DNA of 37,528 nt from a virus (taxonomy: Duplodnaviria; Caudoviricetes): positions 1-37,528 of IMG/VR virus record IMGVR_UViG_3300025676_000043; one strand, written 5' to 3'. The notes under the pieces were generated by a model that saw only the letters and a list, made by a program, of their open reading frames with translations, did no database searches and was not told where the DNA came from. Shown piece by piece: positions 10,258 to 19,108 of the stretch. A program made the position numbers and the translations under genes. Position 1 is the first letter of the stretch. Each line of letters begins with the position of its first letter.

Positions 10258-11019
10258 GATTACATCTCTCGTAAAGAGTGGGGCGCTCGACCCCCTAAGC
10301 GCCCTTTAACGCCTCTAAGGGCCTCTCGGGTACGCGGGGTAGTTATACACCATACGGGTGTCAAGAACGCCTTGGGTGGCCTCTCTGCGGTTCTCAGCGC
10401 AGAACGGCACCATATAGATACTCGTGGTTGGAACGCTATAGCCTACAATTGGCTTGTTGACGCTAAAACTGGGCGCATTTTCGAGGGACGCGGCATGGAG
10501 TACGTCGGCGGTGCCACTAAAGGATGGAACAGCCGTTCTGTTTCTGTTTGTATGATTGGTTGGGGCGACGACCAACCGTCGGATATGGCTTTGGCCAGTA
10601 TCCGACTTCTAGTTCAAAAAGTTCAGGATCGTTACGGCGATGGCTGGGTTAAAACTCACCGAATGTTTAAGTCGACACGCTGCCCCGGCGAATGGTTGGG
10701 GAATTGGGTGGAGAATGGAATGGATTCAACTCCTTCTATTGTTTCCCCTTCGTTGATGGATCAAATCAAAATGTACATCGACGCGTTGTACGAACAGGTG
10801 AAGTCGAAGCCTTTGTCGCGGTGGCGACGATCTAAAGGGGAGGCTGTTCGTGAAGTCCAAAAAAAGTTGTTGGAAAAGGGTTTCAATTGCGGTACTGCTG
10901 ACGGCGTATTTGGTCGCCGTACTCAGTCTGCTGTCAAAGCGTTTCAAAGAACTCAAGGTTTTTTAAAAGCCGATGGGGTCGTGGGGCGCAACACTTTTCA
11001 TGCTATGTTCTACCGATAA
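10255..11019 (+). CDS. endolysin: N-acetylmuramoyl-L-alanine amidase (Amidase_2/PGRP-like) with C-terminal peptidoglycan-binding domain
   Basis: ISRKEWGA, VIHHT, GWNAIAYNWLV, IFEGRG, THR...STRCPG (Zn ligands); C-terminal VREVQKKL...DGVFGRRTQSAVKAFQ...ADGVVGRNT. Confidence 0.93.
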   Translation: MDYISRKEWGARPPKRPLTPLRASRVRGVVIHHTGVKNALGGLSAVLSAERHHIDTRGWNAIAYNWLVDAKTGRIFEGRGMEYVGGATKGWNSRSVSVCMIGWGDDQPSDMALASIRLLVQKVQDRYGDGWVKTHRMFKSTRCPGEWLGNWVENGMDSTPSIVSPSLMDQIKMYIDALYEQVKSKPLSRWRRSKGEAVREVQKKLLEKGFNCGTADGVFGRRTQSAVKAFQRTQGFLKADGVVGRNTFHAMFYR

Positions 11020-11028
11020 GGAAACCTA

Positions 11029-11166
11029 ATGGAAGATAAAAAAGATGCTGAAGTCCAAGTTGAAGAATCTGAAGGCCAGCCTCGGTCTGCTGTGGATCAG
11101 GCTGCTTCATTGAGGGAAATGGGTTTAGCCAATCATCATCGTACCCCTCGTTCGTTCGGAAAGTAG
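11029..11166 (+). CDS. small hypothetical protein (45 aa, not in ORF track)
   Basis: AAGGA RBS; MEDKKDAEVQVEESEGQPRSAVDQAASLREMGLANHHRTPRSFGK*. Confidence 0.6.
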   Translation: MEDKKDAEVQVEESEGQPRSAVDQAASLREMGLANHHRTPRSFGK

Positions 11167-11174
11167 GAAAACAA

Positions 11175-11270
11175 ATGCCCAAAGTTGGTAAAAAAAGTTA
11201 CCCGTATACTGCTAAAGGTAAAGCGGCTGCCGCTAAAGCGAAGTCTGCTCAAAAAAGAAAGAAGAAGTAA
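11175..11270 (+). CDS. small, very basic peptide (31 aa)
   Basis: MPKVGKKSYPYTAKGKAAAAKAKSAQKRKKK*; AGGA RBS; TAATG coupling to the holin. Confidence 0.75.
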   Translation: MPKVGKKSYPYTAKGKAAAAKAKSAQKRKKK

Positions 11271-11437
11271 TGGATTATCGAGATGTTGTGGAACGTGCTG
11301 CTTGGACTGCTGTTCAAGCGTTCCTGAGTGTCCTTGTGTTGACAGATGTTGCTTCTATCGAAGCAGCGTTGGTGGCAGCAGGCGGCGCTCTAATTAGTGC
11401 CGTGAAGACTGTGGCTGCTGCTCGTTTGGCAGAGTAA
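11270..11437 (+). CDS. holin, r1t-like (55 aa, not in ORF track)
   Basis: MDYRDVVERAAWTAVQAFLSVLVLTDVASIEAALVAAGGALISAVKT...: ERAxxTxxQ motif plus two hydrophobic helices, downstream of the lysin. Confidence 0.8.
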   Translation: MDYRDVVERAAWTAVQAFLSVLVLTDVASIEAALVAAGGALISAVKTVAAARLAE

Positions 11438-11745
11438 TGGACGAGTCGGAGGGGTGGACGGCTTTTGTAGAAGAGTACGACTATCTCTCTGACGAGATTT
11501 ACGGCGACCTTGTCACCGAATCTCACTTGTTTGACATCGATGACGGCATCCACGCCAAGTTCACGCAAAGCGGAGAACTGGGTTTGCTGTTGGTGTTTGA
11601 ACCCGATGAAGCGGAAGGTCTTCTCGCTGCGTTCTATGCCGGGATGGACGGAGTGGAGGAAGCGGAAGCAACGTTCGCCATGTGGGCGGCATCCCTGATG
11701 GGGATGCTACGCCGATGCTTGACCAACTTGGACGACGAGGACTAA
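11437..11745 (+). CDS. acidic hypothetical protein
   Basis: 102 aa, D/E-rich, TAATG-coupled; last gene of the + arm. Confidence 0.7.
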   Translation: MDESEGWTAFVEEYDYLSDEIYGDLVTESHLFDIDDGIHAKFTQSGELGLLLVFEPDEAEGLLAAFYAGMDGVEEAEATFAMWAASLMGMLRRCLTNLDDED

Positions 11746-12107
11746 AAGCCTCTGTGCATCCAGTCTTGTATTCGTTCATCGTGAGTCAAGTCAAGCATTA
11801 GTTTGCGCCGTATCTTGTCGCGTCGCCGCGCTAAAGATGTTTTAGGGATCGAAACGATAACCGCTAACCCTCGCAGTGACAAGCATTCAACGAACAACGC
11901 GTTGAAAATGAATTGTTCTTCTTCGCTGAGATTCCCTATGGCTTCACCAACGGCGTCTTTTAGTTCTGCGGTCGCTTCGAGCGACGGCAGGACAGGCTCC
12001 TCGTGGGGCGACAGTTGCATGAGTTGCTCTGTTGCCCCGTAACGGTGGCCCGTTATTGATGAAGTTGAGGTTGTAAACTCTTTAACTATTTCCCGTTTTT
12101 TCGCCAT
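11742..12107 (-). CDS. sigma70 region-4-like HTH protein (no region 2)
   Basis: LKDAVGEAIGNLSEEEQFIFNALFVECLSLRGLAVIVSIPKTSLARRRDKIRRKL fits the sigma r4 pattern (AI..L...E..I........S...IA......TV.....RA..KL); only 121 aa long. Confidence 0.75.
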   Translation of the reverse strand: MAKKREIVKEFTTSTSSITGHRYGATEQLMQLSPHEEPVLPSLEATAELKDAVGEAIGNLSEEEQFIFNALFVECLSLRGLAVIVSIPKTSLARRRDKIRRKLMLDLTHDERIQDWMHRGF

Positions 12108-12582
12108 CTGCCGTCCAAGTAAACATACTGGTTTTGAGATGCCAATAAGGCTTCTCTCCGCCGGGGTCTTTAAAGGTACCTATAGTCACTTGGTCGCTTT
12201 TGGTCATACGCATAAGATCGTTTAACGGTATACGCATATATTTGTCTCGGGACGAATCCCAAAAGAACATGTCAACGGGAAGCAAAGGCGCCCACGATGT
12301 TTGCAGCACTACCATTTTTTCGCATTTGAGTTTAATCCCTGCCCTTGGGGAGCATCCTTGCACCTCGACGAACGCTAAACCGTCGTCGATGTAATCAGGG
12401 GTGTAACGGGTCATCAACGGGAGTTTCCCTACGGAAAACGGTGGACGGCACAGGCCGTACCGAATCCATTTCTCCCCACTGTTGCGTTCAAACGCCGCTT
12501 CGGCATCGTCACCCATCTTGTCGAGCCTTGTACCCCACGCTTTCGTAGAGTAGTTAGCGTATTGCGATTCAGTCTTTGTCAT
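12082..12582 (-). CDS. putative PD-(D/E)xK-fold nuclease
   Basis: RYTPDY...FVEVQG resembles the PD...ExK motif, with Q replacing K. Confidence 0.45.
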   Translation of the reverse strand: MTKTESQYANYSTKAWGTRLDKMGDDAEAAFERNSGEKWIRYGLCRPPFSVGKLPLMTRYTPDYIDDGLAFVEVQGCSPRAGIKLKCEKMVVLQTSWAPLLPVDMFFWDSSRDKYMRIPLNDLMRMTKSDQVTIGTFKDPGGEKPYWHLKTSMFTWTADGEKTGNS

Positions 12583-12934
12583 CGTGGTCTACTTTCACAG
12601 CCGATATACGGACAACCTGTTTGTCGTCCTCCCAAGCCACTTTGTTTAAAGCGTCCAAGGTGAGTTTAACATAGTTATCTAAGTCGCCTTTCAACACTCC
12701 TGCATCATGCGGTGACTCCATTACTGTCAATATTGTTTCCGTCGGAGAATACCTTATCGTTACTTCTACAGGGCCGCTAAAGATTTCCCCTACCTGCTCT
12801 GCCCAAGCAGCCGACACTATGTCTTCGGCCTCTAACGTTTTTTTAGGTGTATAAGCGTACCCTTTTTTAGTTACCCGCGGGCGGGCTTTAACTGTTGGCC
12901 TACGGTCAACAACTATTGTATGTACTTTAGCCAT
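12569..12934 (-). CDS. rusA: RusA-family Holliday junction resolvase
   Basis: KARPRVT...AYTPKKT and GDLDNYVKLTLDALNKVAWEDDKQV catalytic motif. Confidence 0.92.
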   Translation of the reverse strand: MAKVHTIVVDRRPTVKARPRVTKKGYAYTPKKTLEAEDIVSAAWAEQVGEIFSGPVEVTIRYSPTETILTVMESPHDAGVLKGDLDNYVKLTLDALNKVAWEDDKQVVRISAVKVDHDDKD

Positions 12935-13916
12935 TGCTTTTCAGCGTCCTTTCCACTATTTCCCACAACCGCTCTTTGCCGTCGTGGCGTTTCGCAAACT
13001 TGCCTCCCCATTCGGCGTCTGCTGATTCCAATTCTGTCAAAATGTCTACTCCGGGGTAGCCTTGTTCCCTCATCGCGTGAGCCAACGCAACTAACGCTTG
13101 CGACCTGTCGCCGTGCGGCTTTTCAGCGGTACGGCGCGGCCCGTTTCTACGGATCGCGCCTGCCAAACCTCGCATATTGGAAGTCGACAGGCCACGGTAA
13201 GCGATTTGGGGGATTACTTTGGGTTTTGGTTTCACATACAAGGCTAGCACAGGATCCCAATCTTCTAGGGATAGTCTTGTGCTGTACGCTACATGGGCAA
13301 AATCTTCGACCGTCATGTCGTCCCCTGTTTCGGGATCGAGTACAACGTTCCGTCCGACACGACTTTGGATCGTACCTGACGAATCTACTTTCGACGGGTA
13401 CGGCAACCGCACTCCGTTGCCCCACCCTTTGCCGCCTAGCATTGTTTGTTTCGGGTTGACTTCCTTGGTGGGTGCGTCAACGATTTTGCATACGGCCAGT
13501 AACCCATTGCGAACATCAACAGCGGGCATTGCGTCAATGAAAAATACCCACAGGTGGTAGCCCTTGGAACGGGATCGCTCAACCCACGATGGGACATCGA
13601 GTTGCCACAGCAAGGTTTGTACGTTGGTGGCGTGGATTAATGATTCTTCGTCGCCGTCATCCCAATCTACGCATCCCCAATGCACGACGTATCTGTCGTC
13701 TATTTTTTCTAATGGGTACACGCCTATTGGTTTTTTGTGGTCTGCGAAGTGTTGCAGCATCGCTTTGTAAAATACTTCGCCTGAGGCTTCGTAACCTTCT
13801 CCTGCACTGTTTACCCACGGTCTGAATCCTTTCCCGTCGTCGGGGTTGTCTATGGCTATACGCCCCCCCCGGAACAATGTCACAAATTGTTCAACGGGGG
13901 TTTCTACTTCCGTCAT
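12927..13916 (-). CDS. archaeo-eukaryotic primase (AEP/prim-pol)-type primase
   Basis: IGVYPL, WGCVDWDD (DxD), ERSRSKGYHLWVFF (SxxGxH), EVNPKQ, GNGVRLP; C-terminal helical DRS domain; adjacent to the helicase. Confidence 0.8.
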   Translation of the reverse strand: MTEVETPVEQFVTLFRGGRIAIDNPDDGKGFRPWVNSAGEGYEASGEVFYKAMLQHFADHKKPIGVYPLEKIDDRYVVHWGCVDWDDGDEESLIHATNVQTLLWQLDVPSWVERSRSKGYHLWVFFIDAMPAVDVRNGLLAVCKIVDAPTKEVNPKQTMLGGKGWGNGVRLPYPSKVDSSGTIQSRVGRNVVLDPETGDDMTVEDFAHVAYSTRLSLEDWDPVLALYVKPKPKVIPQIAYRGLSTSNMRGLAGAIRRNGPRRTAEKPHGDRSQALVALAHAMREQGYPGVDILTELESADAEWGGKFAKRHDGKERLWEIVERTLKSNG

Positions 13917-13996
13917 CAGTCATCCCTCCATGAACAAAGCACCCACATACCCCAAACGACAATAACAATCCAACCTACGGTCATCAAATTAAGCAT
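13916..13996 (-). CDS. small hydrophobic peptide (26 aa, not in ORF track)
   Basis: MLNLMTVGWIVIVVWGMWVLCSWRDD*; overlaps the helicase stop and is TGATG-coupled to the primase. Confidence 0.45.
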   Translation of the reverse strand: MLNLMTVGWIVIVVWGMWVLCSWRDD

Positions 13997-15029
13997 TGGG
14001 ATGCTCCCCCCCGTCGGGAATCAATTCATCCCAGTACGGGTGAATGTGTCCGCATTGTGAATCCATGTAGTATGTGTAATCACCCAAACGGGCGGTACGT
14101 TTATTTTTACACAGATTCATTTGGACACTGTTCTCATGGTAGTCGATTTCCCATTCGGACAAGTCGGGTCTATCTTTTTTGCGGTACACCTCGAGAACAA
14201 AAATTGCTTCTTGTTCCCCTCCGTACCTGCCTGCGTGGATACCCGCGGCTTTACCGCGGTCACCTGCTGATCGGCCTGCTTGGTGAACTAACGCAATAGG
14301 GACACGTTGTACTTTCGCCCATCGTTTAATTGCTTGCGCTTTCGCTGTGACACCGCTCGCGTCGGCTTCGCCTCCGGGTAGCAATTCAAGATAGTCGATC
14401 ATGCAGAACGACGGGTTCCTACCCCACCACGCACGAGCCTCATCCATCGCTGCCGACATAGATTCAAGCGACATCGATTCGTCGATGATCGCCACTCGTG
14501 ACAGTTCGTTAGTTGCCGCTCGTTCCAATTCGGCGAGCGTATCTTTGTCTCCTGCTTTGATGGCTTCTTCCACCTCGGAAGAAGAACGTCCTTGTAGTAG
14601 ACAAAAAAGTTTCATGACGACAAGTTCGCGGGGTTCATCCATTGAGAAAATGACAACGTGGGCTTCGGGGTCGTTCACAAGGTTTGTCACAATGCTGTTT
14701 AACAGCACTTGTGATTTACCCGTGTGGCTCCGGCCTACTACTAGCAGCAACTCTCCACGGCCTATGCCGCGTGTCGCTATGTCAATTTCTGAGAACCCTA
14801 GATACCAGCGTTCTGACGGGTTGCGGATAAACCCAATAAGGTTTTCCATAACCGCCGGGGTTAACGCAAAACGAAGTGGCTTCCTGTTCCCAGAAACCTC
14901 TGAGGCGACTATAGAGCCATCCTCAGGGGTTTCTAGTGCTTCAGGGGCGGTGCTGCCGCTCGCCGCCGCCTTAGTGGCGGCAGCGAGACGAGCAGCAACT
15001 TCGTCCTGCGAGTGCAGGACAGCCGACAT
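13989..15029 (-). CDS. DnaB-like (SF4) replicative helicase
   Basis: Walker A GRSHTGKS, FSMDE, IDYLELL, LVHQ, KNKR. Confidence 0.88.
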   Translation of the reverse strand: MSAVLHSQDEVAARLAAATKAAASGSTAPEALETPEDGSIVASEVSGNRKPLRFALTPAVMENLIGFIRNPSERWYLGFSEIDIATRGIGRGELLLVVGRSHTGKSQVLLNSIVTNLVNDPEAHVVIFSMDEPRELVVMKLFCLLQGRSSSEVEEAIKAGDKDTLAELERAATNELSRVAIIDESMSLESMSAAMDEARAWWGRNPSFCMIDYLELLPGGEADASGVTAKAQAIKRWAKVQRVPIALVHQAGRSAGDRGKAAGIHAGRYGGEQEAIFVLEVYRKKDRPDLSEWEIDYHENSVQMNLCKNKRTARLGDYTYYMDSQCGHIHPYWDELIPDGGEHPNA

Positions 15030-15613
15030 TAAGCGCGCACCTCGCGGGCGACACCCTTGAGGGCTTCAGCATCTTTGGCGGTGAAAGGACACACGAACCA
15101 ATCAGGGATCAGCGGTGTGCCATCTTTCTTCGACAACCAAACACCCTTACCGTCAGCCTTACGCTTGTAGTCAGGGCCGTTAGCGTTCACGTCTTTGTCA
15201 GGATTCAATTTGTCCTGCCAGTTCGGTGGCCACCACATGTTTTGGTTATCCATCAAGTCGCGCCAAACATCTTGAAGGCTTCCGCCCTCTTTGTTCGAGT
15301 TGGCGTTGCTGTAGGATTTATTCCCCGACGACGGTGCCGCCACGGGATTAGCCGGAGCGTTTTTCCGAACGCTTTTGTTAAGGAGGCGTACGCCTTGCTC
15401 ATCGAGTTCATACCCGACACCAAGTGCCTCATAGTTAGCGATCTCCAAAGTGGTTCCCCACTTGGCGATCTCCTTGCCTACATCCTCCATCGACGCATCA
15501 GCGTCCATTGGGATAGTTACGCTGCATGATGCTTCAGCAGGTTCATAATCACCCGTTTGGATGACCTGCCTCCGAAATACAGTAATACTGTTATTGTTAT
15601 TTTCTATTTTCAT
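15029..15613 (-). CDS. hypothetical replication-module protein (possibly ssDNA-binding)
   Basis: Two domains joined by a low-complexity linker; C-terminal NGPDYKRK...GVW; lies between exonuclease and helicase. The function is inferred from position only. Confidence 0.5.
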   Translation of the reverse strand: MKIENNNNSITVFRRQVIQTGDYEPAEASCSVTIPMDADASMEDVGKEIAKWGTTLEIANYEALGVGYELDEQGVRLLNKSVRKNAPANPVAAPSSGNKSYSNANSNKEGGSLQDVWRDLMDNQNMWWPPNWQDKLNPDKDVNANGPDYKRKADGKGVWLSKKDGTPLIPDWFVCPFTAKDAEALKGVAREVRA

Positions 15614-15636
15614 TCCCTATTTCTCCTTAGTCTTGG

Positions 15637-16440
15637 TTAGAAGGGATCTGGCCCAGCATACTGGCCTCGACATGTTTTCCAAGCACCGCACCATTTAGGT
15701 GAACAATGCCAGCCGTTCATGTTGAGAGGCCATACTGGTAAATTGGCGTTTATAAGGGTGCCAGCACTTCGGGCTAGAGCGACCAAACTCTCCCATTGTG
15801 GCGGCCCAAAATACACCGTGGTTCGATGCACTTTGCCCTTAACTAAATACACAAACTCAAACGGTAACGGTTCTTCAAAACCGTAGAGTTCGTTCACCGC
15901 ATAGGTGTATGCGGCTGCTTGCACTGACCATCGTTTCTTCTCCCACTCCGCATGAGGTTTCCTGCCGGGGTTTTTCCAATCAACGATTGGCAGCGGGTAT
16001 TCCTGTACGAGGTCGATGGTTCCCTGTAACCATATTTCAGGGCCATCTGTGTCAGTCACTAATGGGATTTCAAACCGTTCCTCAACGGCGATGGGCCGCA
16101 TGGCGGGACGAACTTCGTCCCACCACACAGCACTATTGGCTTGAATTATTTCCTCACACTCACGGTCAGTGTGATTCCATGCAACAATTTCATTGTTGTT
16201 TTCTAGCCAATAGTTCATCGAACCTGCAATCATGTCTTCACGACTCAAAGGATCGCCAGCCATCATGGACTCGAGCAAACATTGCTCGATACCGTAATGA
16301 ACTGCCGTCCCGATCATCGTTGAACTTGATTCGGTTCTTTCCGATAAGCCTAGCATATCTTGTCTAGCCCGTTCGGGACACATTGCTAGTGACCCCAACC
16401 ATGACTGTCGTAGAATTATTCGGCCATCTTCGGAGATCAT
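15637..16440 (-). CDS. PD-(D/E)xK exonuclease, Cas4/RecB/AddB-like, probable 4Fe-4S cluster
   Basis: CP near the N-terminus, GTAVH, LQGTIDLV, IVDWK, QAAAY, and C-terminal CSPKWCGAWKTC. Confidence 0.85.
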   Translation of the reverse strand: MISEDGRIILRQSWLGSLAMCPERARQDMLGLSERTESSSTMIGTAVHYGIEQCLLESMMAGDPLSREDMIAGSMNYWLENNNEIVAWNHTDRECEEIIQANSAVWWDEVRPAMRPIAVEERFEIPLVTDTDGPEIWLQGTIDLVQEYPLPIVDWKNPGRKPHAEWEKKRWSVQAAAYTYAVNELYGFEEPLPFEFVYLVKGKVHRTTVYFGPPQWESLVALARSAGTLINANLPVWPLNMNGWHCSPKWCGAWKTCRGQYAGPDPF

Positions 16441-16763
16441 GCGCTTCTCAAATCCTGTCTCGCCATAAGGCGTATCTGCTCCAGCCGTCTGGCAAGATGC
16501 TCGCTGTCATCCATCCAAATGCCCCATAAGGCTATTTGGATTCCCGTCCCTATCGCAAGAGCCGTTTTAGCGAATTCTGGACTTTCGTCGCCAACCGAAG
16601 CCATCAGCCCAGTTCCTTTCACTTTGTCCCGATGGCGAAGCCAGTCGGCGGCAAGTTCCACGACCTCCTTGGCAAAATGATTCGCTTGAACCCGCTTTGC
16701 CTCATCGGTGGACGACAGTTCAGCGTTGGCTGCGTCCCAATCGTTTTCGTTCATGTTTTCCAT
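16437..16763 (-). CDS. hypothetical protein
   Basis: GGAGG RBS; ATGA overlap with the exonuclease. Confidence 0.7.
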   Translation of the reverse strand: MENMNENDWDAANAELSSTDEAKRVQANHFAKEVVELAADWLRHRDKVKGTGLMASVGDESPEFAKTALAIGTGIQIALWGIWMDDSEHLARRLEQIRLMARQDLRSA

Positions 16764-16812
16764 AGTAGCACCTCCAAGTGCAAAAGTGGTGGATCCTCCA
16801 AAACTCCTTGGG

Positions 16813-16848
16813 GAACCCCCACCCCCCCCTAAAGGGGGGTGGGGGTTC
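16813..16848. repeat. perfect 15-bp GC-rich inverted repeat (hairpin; terminator or other cis site)
   Basis: GAACCCCCACCCCCC-cctaaa-GGGGGGTGGGGGTTC in the gap between the early and replication genes. Confidence 0.8.
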
Positions 16849-16878
16849 TCTTGGTGGTTTGGGAAGGGGCGACAAGTC

Positions 16879-17184
16879 TCAGGCGAGATCTGTCGGTTTT
16901 GGGAAAGGCACGACGTTGTCGTCCTCCATGTTTTCTTTTAGTTGTTGTATTATTTCTTCGGGTATAAACTCTGCTATTTCTTCCATTAGTTTAGAAGAGA
17001 TTGTCGACAAGTCGTGAAAGAAGTCTCCCAACAATATTTGAAATTGTACTGTGCTTCCGTATAGTGCCATCACGGCGTCAGAGATGTTTGAACCTCCGAT
17101 TCCTTCGGGGAATACGGTAGTCTCCAGTTCGGATACTCTACCTTCTAGCATCATTATGGATTTCTGCCTCTCTTCTAGTGTCAT
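16879..17184 (-). CDS. hypothetical protein
   Basis: 101 aa; ATGA-coupled; C-terminal DNVVPFPKP. Confidence 0.7.
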   Translation of the reverse strand: MTLEERQKSIMMLEGRVSELETTVFPEGIGGSNISDAVMALYGSTVQFQILLGDFFHDLSTISSKLMEEIAEFIPEEIIQQLKENMEDDNVVPFPKPTDLA

Positions 17185-17414
17185 ACTATGTACGCCTGAA
17201 TAGCGAGGCTGCTAGCATCCACCCTAGAGGTGCGGAGTTTCACTCCGTGCCTTTTTGCCGCTTGAAAAGCGTTAGCGCGGAGATTTGTAAGTGTTACAGA
17301 GAAATCCTCACCTTGCACTAGCAAGCGGGGTTGCCCATCTAACCATTCTTTCCACGGGTAAATAGCAACTCGACCCGCTTTAGTACGGGGGAACTCTTCT
17401 AGTATCTTAGCCAT
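17181..17414 (-). CDS. small putative DNA-binding protein
   Basis: Basic; GR...YPWKEWLDG...L.QGEDF...LRANAFQAAKRHG pattern resembles small phage DNA-binding proteins. Confidence 0.55.
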   Translation of the reverse strand: MAKILEEFPRTKAGRVAIYPWKEWLDGQPRLLVQGEDFSVTLTNLRANAFQAAKRHGVKLRTSRVDASSLAIQAYIV

Positions 17415-17700
17415 TGACTTTCTCTTTTCTTTTTATAGATTCGGTTGCAAGCAAGTTGCCTGCTAACCACGATGCCCTGCGGGCAAAGATTTCTGTGGCT
17501 TCCGCCAACGTTATGCAGTAGTCGCCGCTACTGCAATCATAGTATTCTCCGTCGTCGCTGGCTGTGTCCCAAACAACGTACGGGTGGAGAGTCTCCGTGG
17601 GTCGGAAAGCGACGACGGTACCAACGTAGTCGCGTAGTCCATTGCCTCCCACGGAGTTGGTCCACATGAGTGGTGTTGCCTGATTATGTATTTTCATCAT
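17407..17700 (-). CDS. hypothetical protein
   Basis: Start reassigned to ATG 17700 (ATGA overlap, GAGGA RBS). Confidence 0.65.
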   Translation of the reverse strand: MMKIHNQATPLMWTNSVGGNGLRDYVGTVVAFRPTETLHPYVVWDTASDDGEYYDCSSGDYCITLAEATEIFARRASWLAGNLLATESIKRKEKVNG

Positions 17701-17957
17701 TCCTCTTCCATCAATAGATCCGTACACGCTTCACACATATACGGTGCAGGTACTCCTGCTGGTGTGCGTACCGCTTTACGGTACGCTCTTATTATTTCTC
17801 TGTCCTCCGGGGAGGCTTCAGGGAAAATGTCTTGCACGGCGGGGTTGCCATGCATATACGCTTCGAGTTGCGGGCGATACACTTCTGTATCGCTTGGCTC
17901 TTTACACGCTAAACATGAGATACCAATGACGGCGTAGCCGCCGTCTTGTTTTTTCAT
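17697..17957 (-). CDS. hypothetical Zn-binding protein
   Basis: CLAC...CEAC pairs around VQDIFPEASPEDRE. Confidence 0.65.
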   Translation of the reverse strand: MKKQDGGYAVIGISCLACKEPSDTEVYRPQLEAYMHGNPAVQDIFPEASPEDREIIRAYRKAVRTPAGVPAPYMCEACTDLLMEEE

Positions 17958-18188
17958 TTACTTGCCTTTCTTGTTGTAATAATCGGTGACCCAAATGTCA
18001 ACCGATTGTGTGTCGAACATGAATGTTGCACGGCCACCAGTTTCGAGTATCTGTTTACCCACGACCCGCGGGAAAGGATTCTCGTTGCTGGCGTTGATGC
18101 GCCATTTGCGTACCGTGTCGTAGGAGACAAAGTATTTGCGGGCTATCTTTTTGGTAGATATGACTTGACCTGCCATTATAGAAGGCAT
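17958..18188 (-). CDS. HTH DNA-binding protein (excisionase/MerR-like fold)
   Basis: ISTKKIARKYFVSYDTVRKWR...FPR...FDTQSVDIW. Confidence 0.7.
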   Translation of the reverse strand: MPSIMAGQVISTKKIARKYFVSYDTVRKWRINASNENPFPRVVGKQILETGGRATFMFDTQSVDIWVTDYYNKKGK

Positions 18189-19108
18189 TATACGCCCATC
18201 CCTGCCATTAACAGATCCATTGCGTGCTTGGCGTAAGGAGTTTTACCTTCAACAGCCTGCTGCTTCGCATGGGCAGACCCTTTGGAGAAGTGGTGCTGTT
18301 CGGCTCCTTGGATAGCGTTGTACGCTAGCCACGCGTTCCCGAACTGCCCTTCCAACCCCCAAGCATTAACCTCTTTGCGCCAATAGTAAAACATGGATCC
18401 TCGTTTACTCTCAACGTTACGCAAAGCCCTGTCGCTGGCACCAAAGTCCACGGGTACGAGTTGGTCGACGATCTTGCGGAACTCTCTGTCCGTGAACGTA
18501 ATATCGTTCATGATCCTCGCACGGAAAGCGAAACGTTCAGCCTCAGCGACTTGCTTGGCAAGTATCTCAGCCCTGATCTCCACTAAGTCTCCGTGGTTGG
18601 TGGTGCGTTTCGCTTTCCACAACGGGGTAGCCCCGTAGAGTTGGTTGTCGCACGATGGTCGCGACATCATGTTGAACACCGATGTAGCCCATGTCCCGTT
18701 TAACGAGGACACCCAAACCAGTCGGGGAAGTAGTACATCCCCGCTATGGCCGACATCTATATCGTCTCCGATTTTTTGTGTAAACAATAATTTTTCACCA
18801 TCACCGTAAACGGTGCATGACTCTGTGGTTGTAGGGAATAGGGATTCCGCTGTGTCTATGACAGTACGGTACCCGTCTTCTCGTTTGTCGTAGCGGGACG
18901 AATGCAACCCCAACGCTGTGTTGGTGTCTGTTCGTACCACGAAAACGTGTTTCGGTTTCCCGAAATTTTTCCCTGAGTCGACGCGAGGTACCATAGGTGT
19001 GTCAAATTCGCCACCCAAATACATCGCAGGCTTGTATTCCACGGGGAACGTAGCGTCTGCACAGACGTTACGCGCTGACCCCGGCTCTTCAAATGTTACT
19101 GTACTCAT
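18188..19108 (-). CDS. DUF932-family phage protein
   Basis: VVRTDT..ALG..S.RY, SLNGT, R.SCDNQL, GNAWLAYNAIQ. Confidence 0.75.
   Translation of the reverse strand: MSTVTFEEPGSARNVCADATFPVEYKPAMYLGGEFDTPMVPRVDSGKNFGKPKHVFVVRTDTNTALGLHSSRYDKREDGYRTVIDTAESLFPTTTESCTVYGDGEKLLFTQKIGDDIDVGHSGDVLLPRLVWVSSLNGTWATSVFNMMSRPSCDNQLYGATPLWKAKRTTNHGDLVEIRAEILAKQVAEAERFAFRARIMNDITFTDREFRKIVDQLVPVDFGASDRALRNVESKRGSMFYYWRKEVNAWGLEGQFGNAWLAYNAIQGAEQHHFSKGSAHAKQQAVEGKTPYAKHAMDLLMAGMGV

Noticed and set aside
15637-16440. Cas4 as part of a CRISPR system
   Set aside because: A stand-alone Cas4/RecB-like exonuclease in a phage replication module is common; no cas1/cas2 or array is seen.
17958-18188. Excisionase indicating a temperate lifestyle
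   Set aside because: No integrase, att site or CI-like repressor recognised in the window; this HTH fold is also common in lytic phages.
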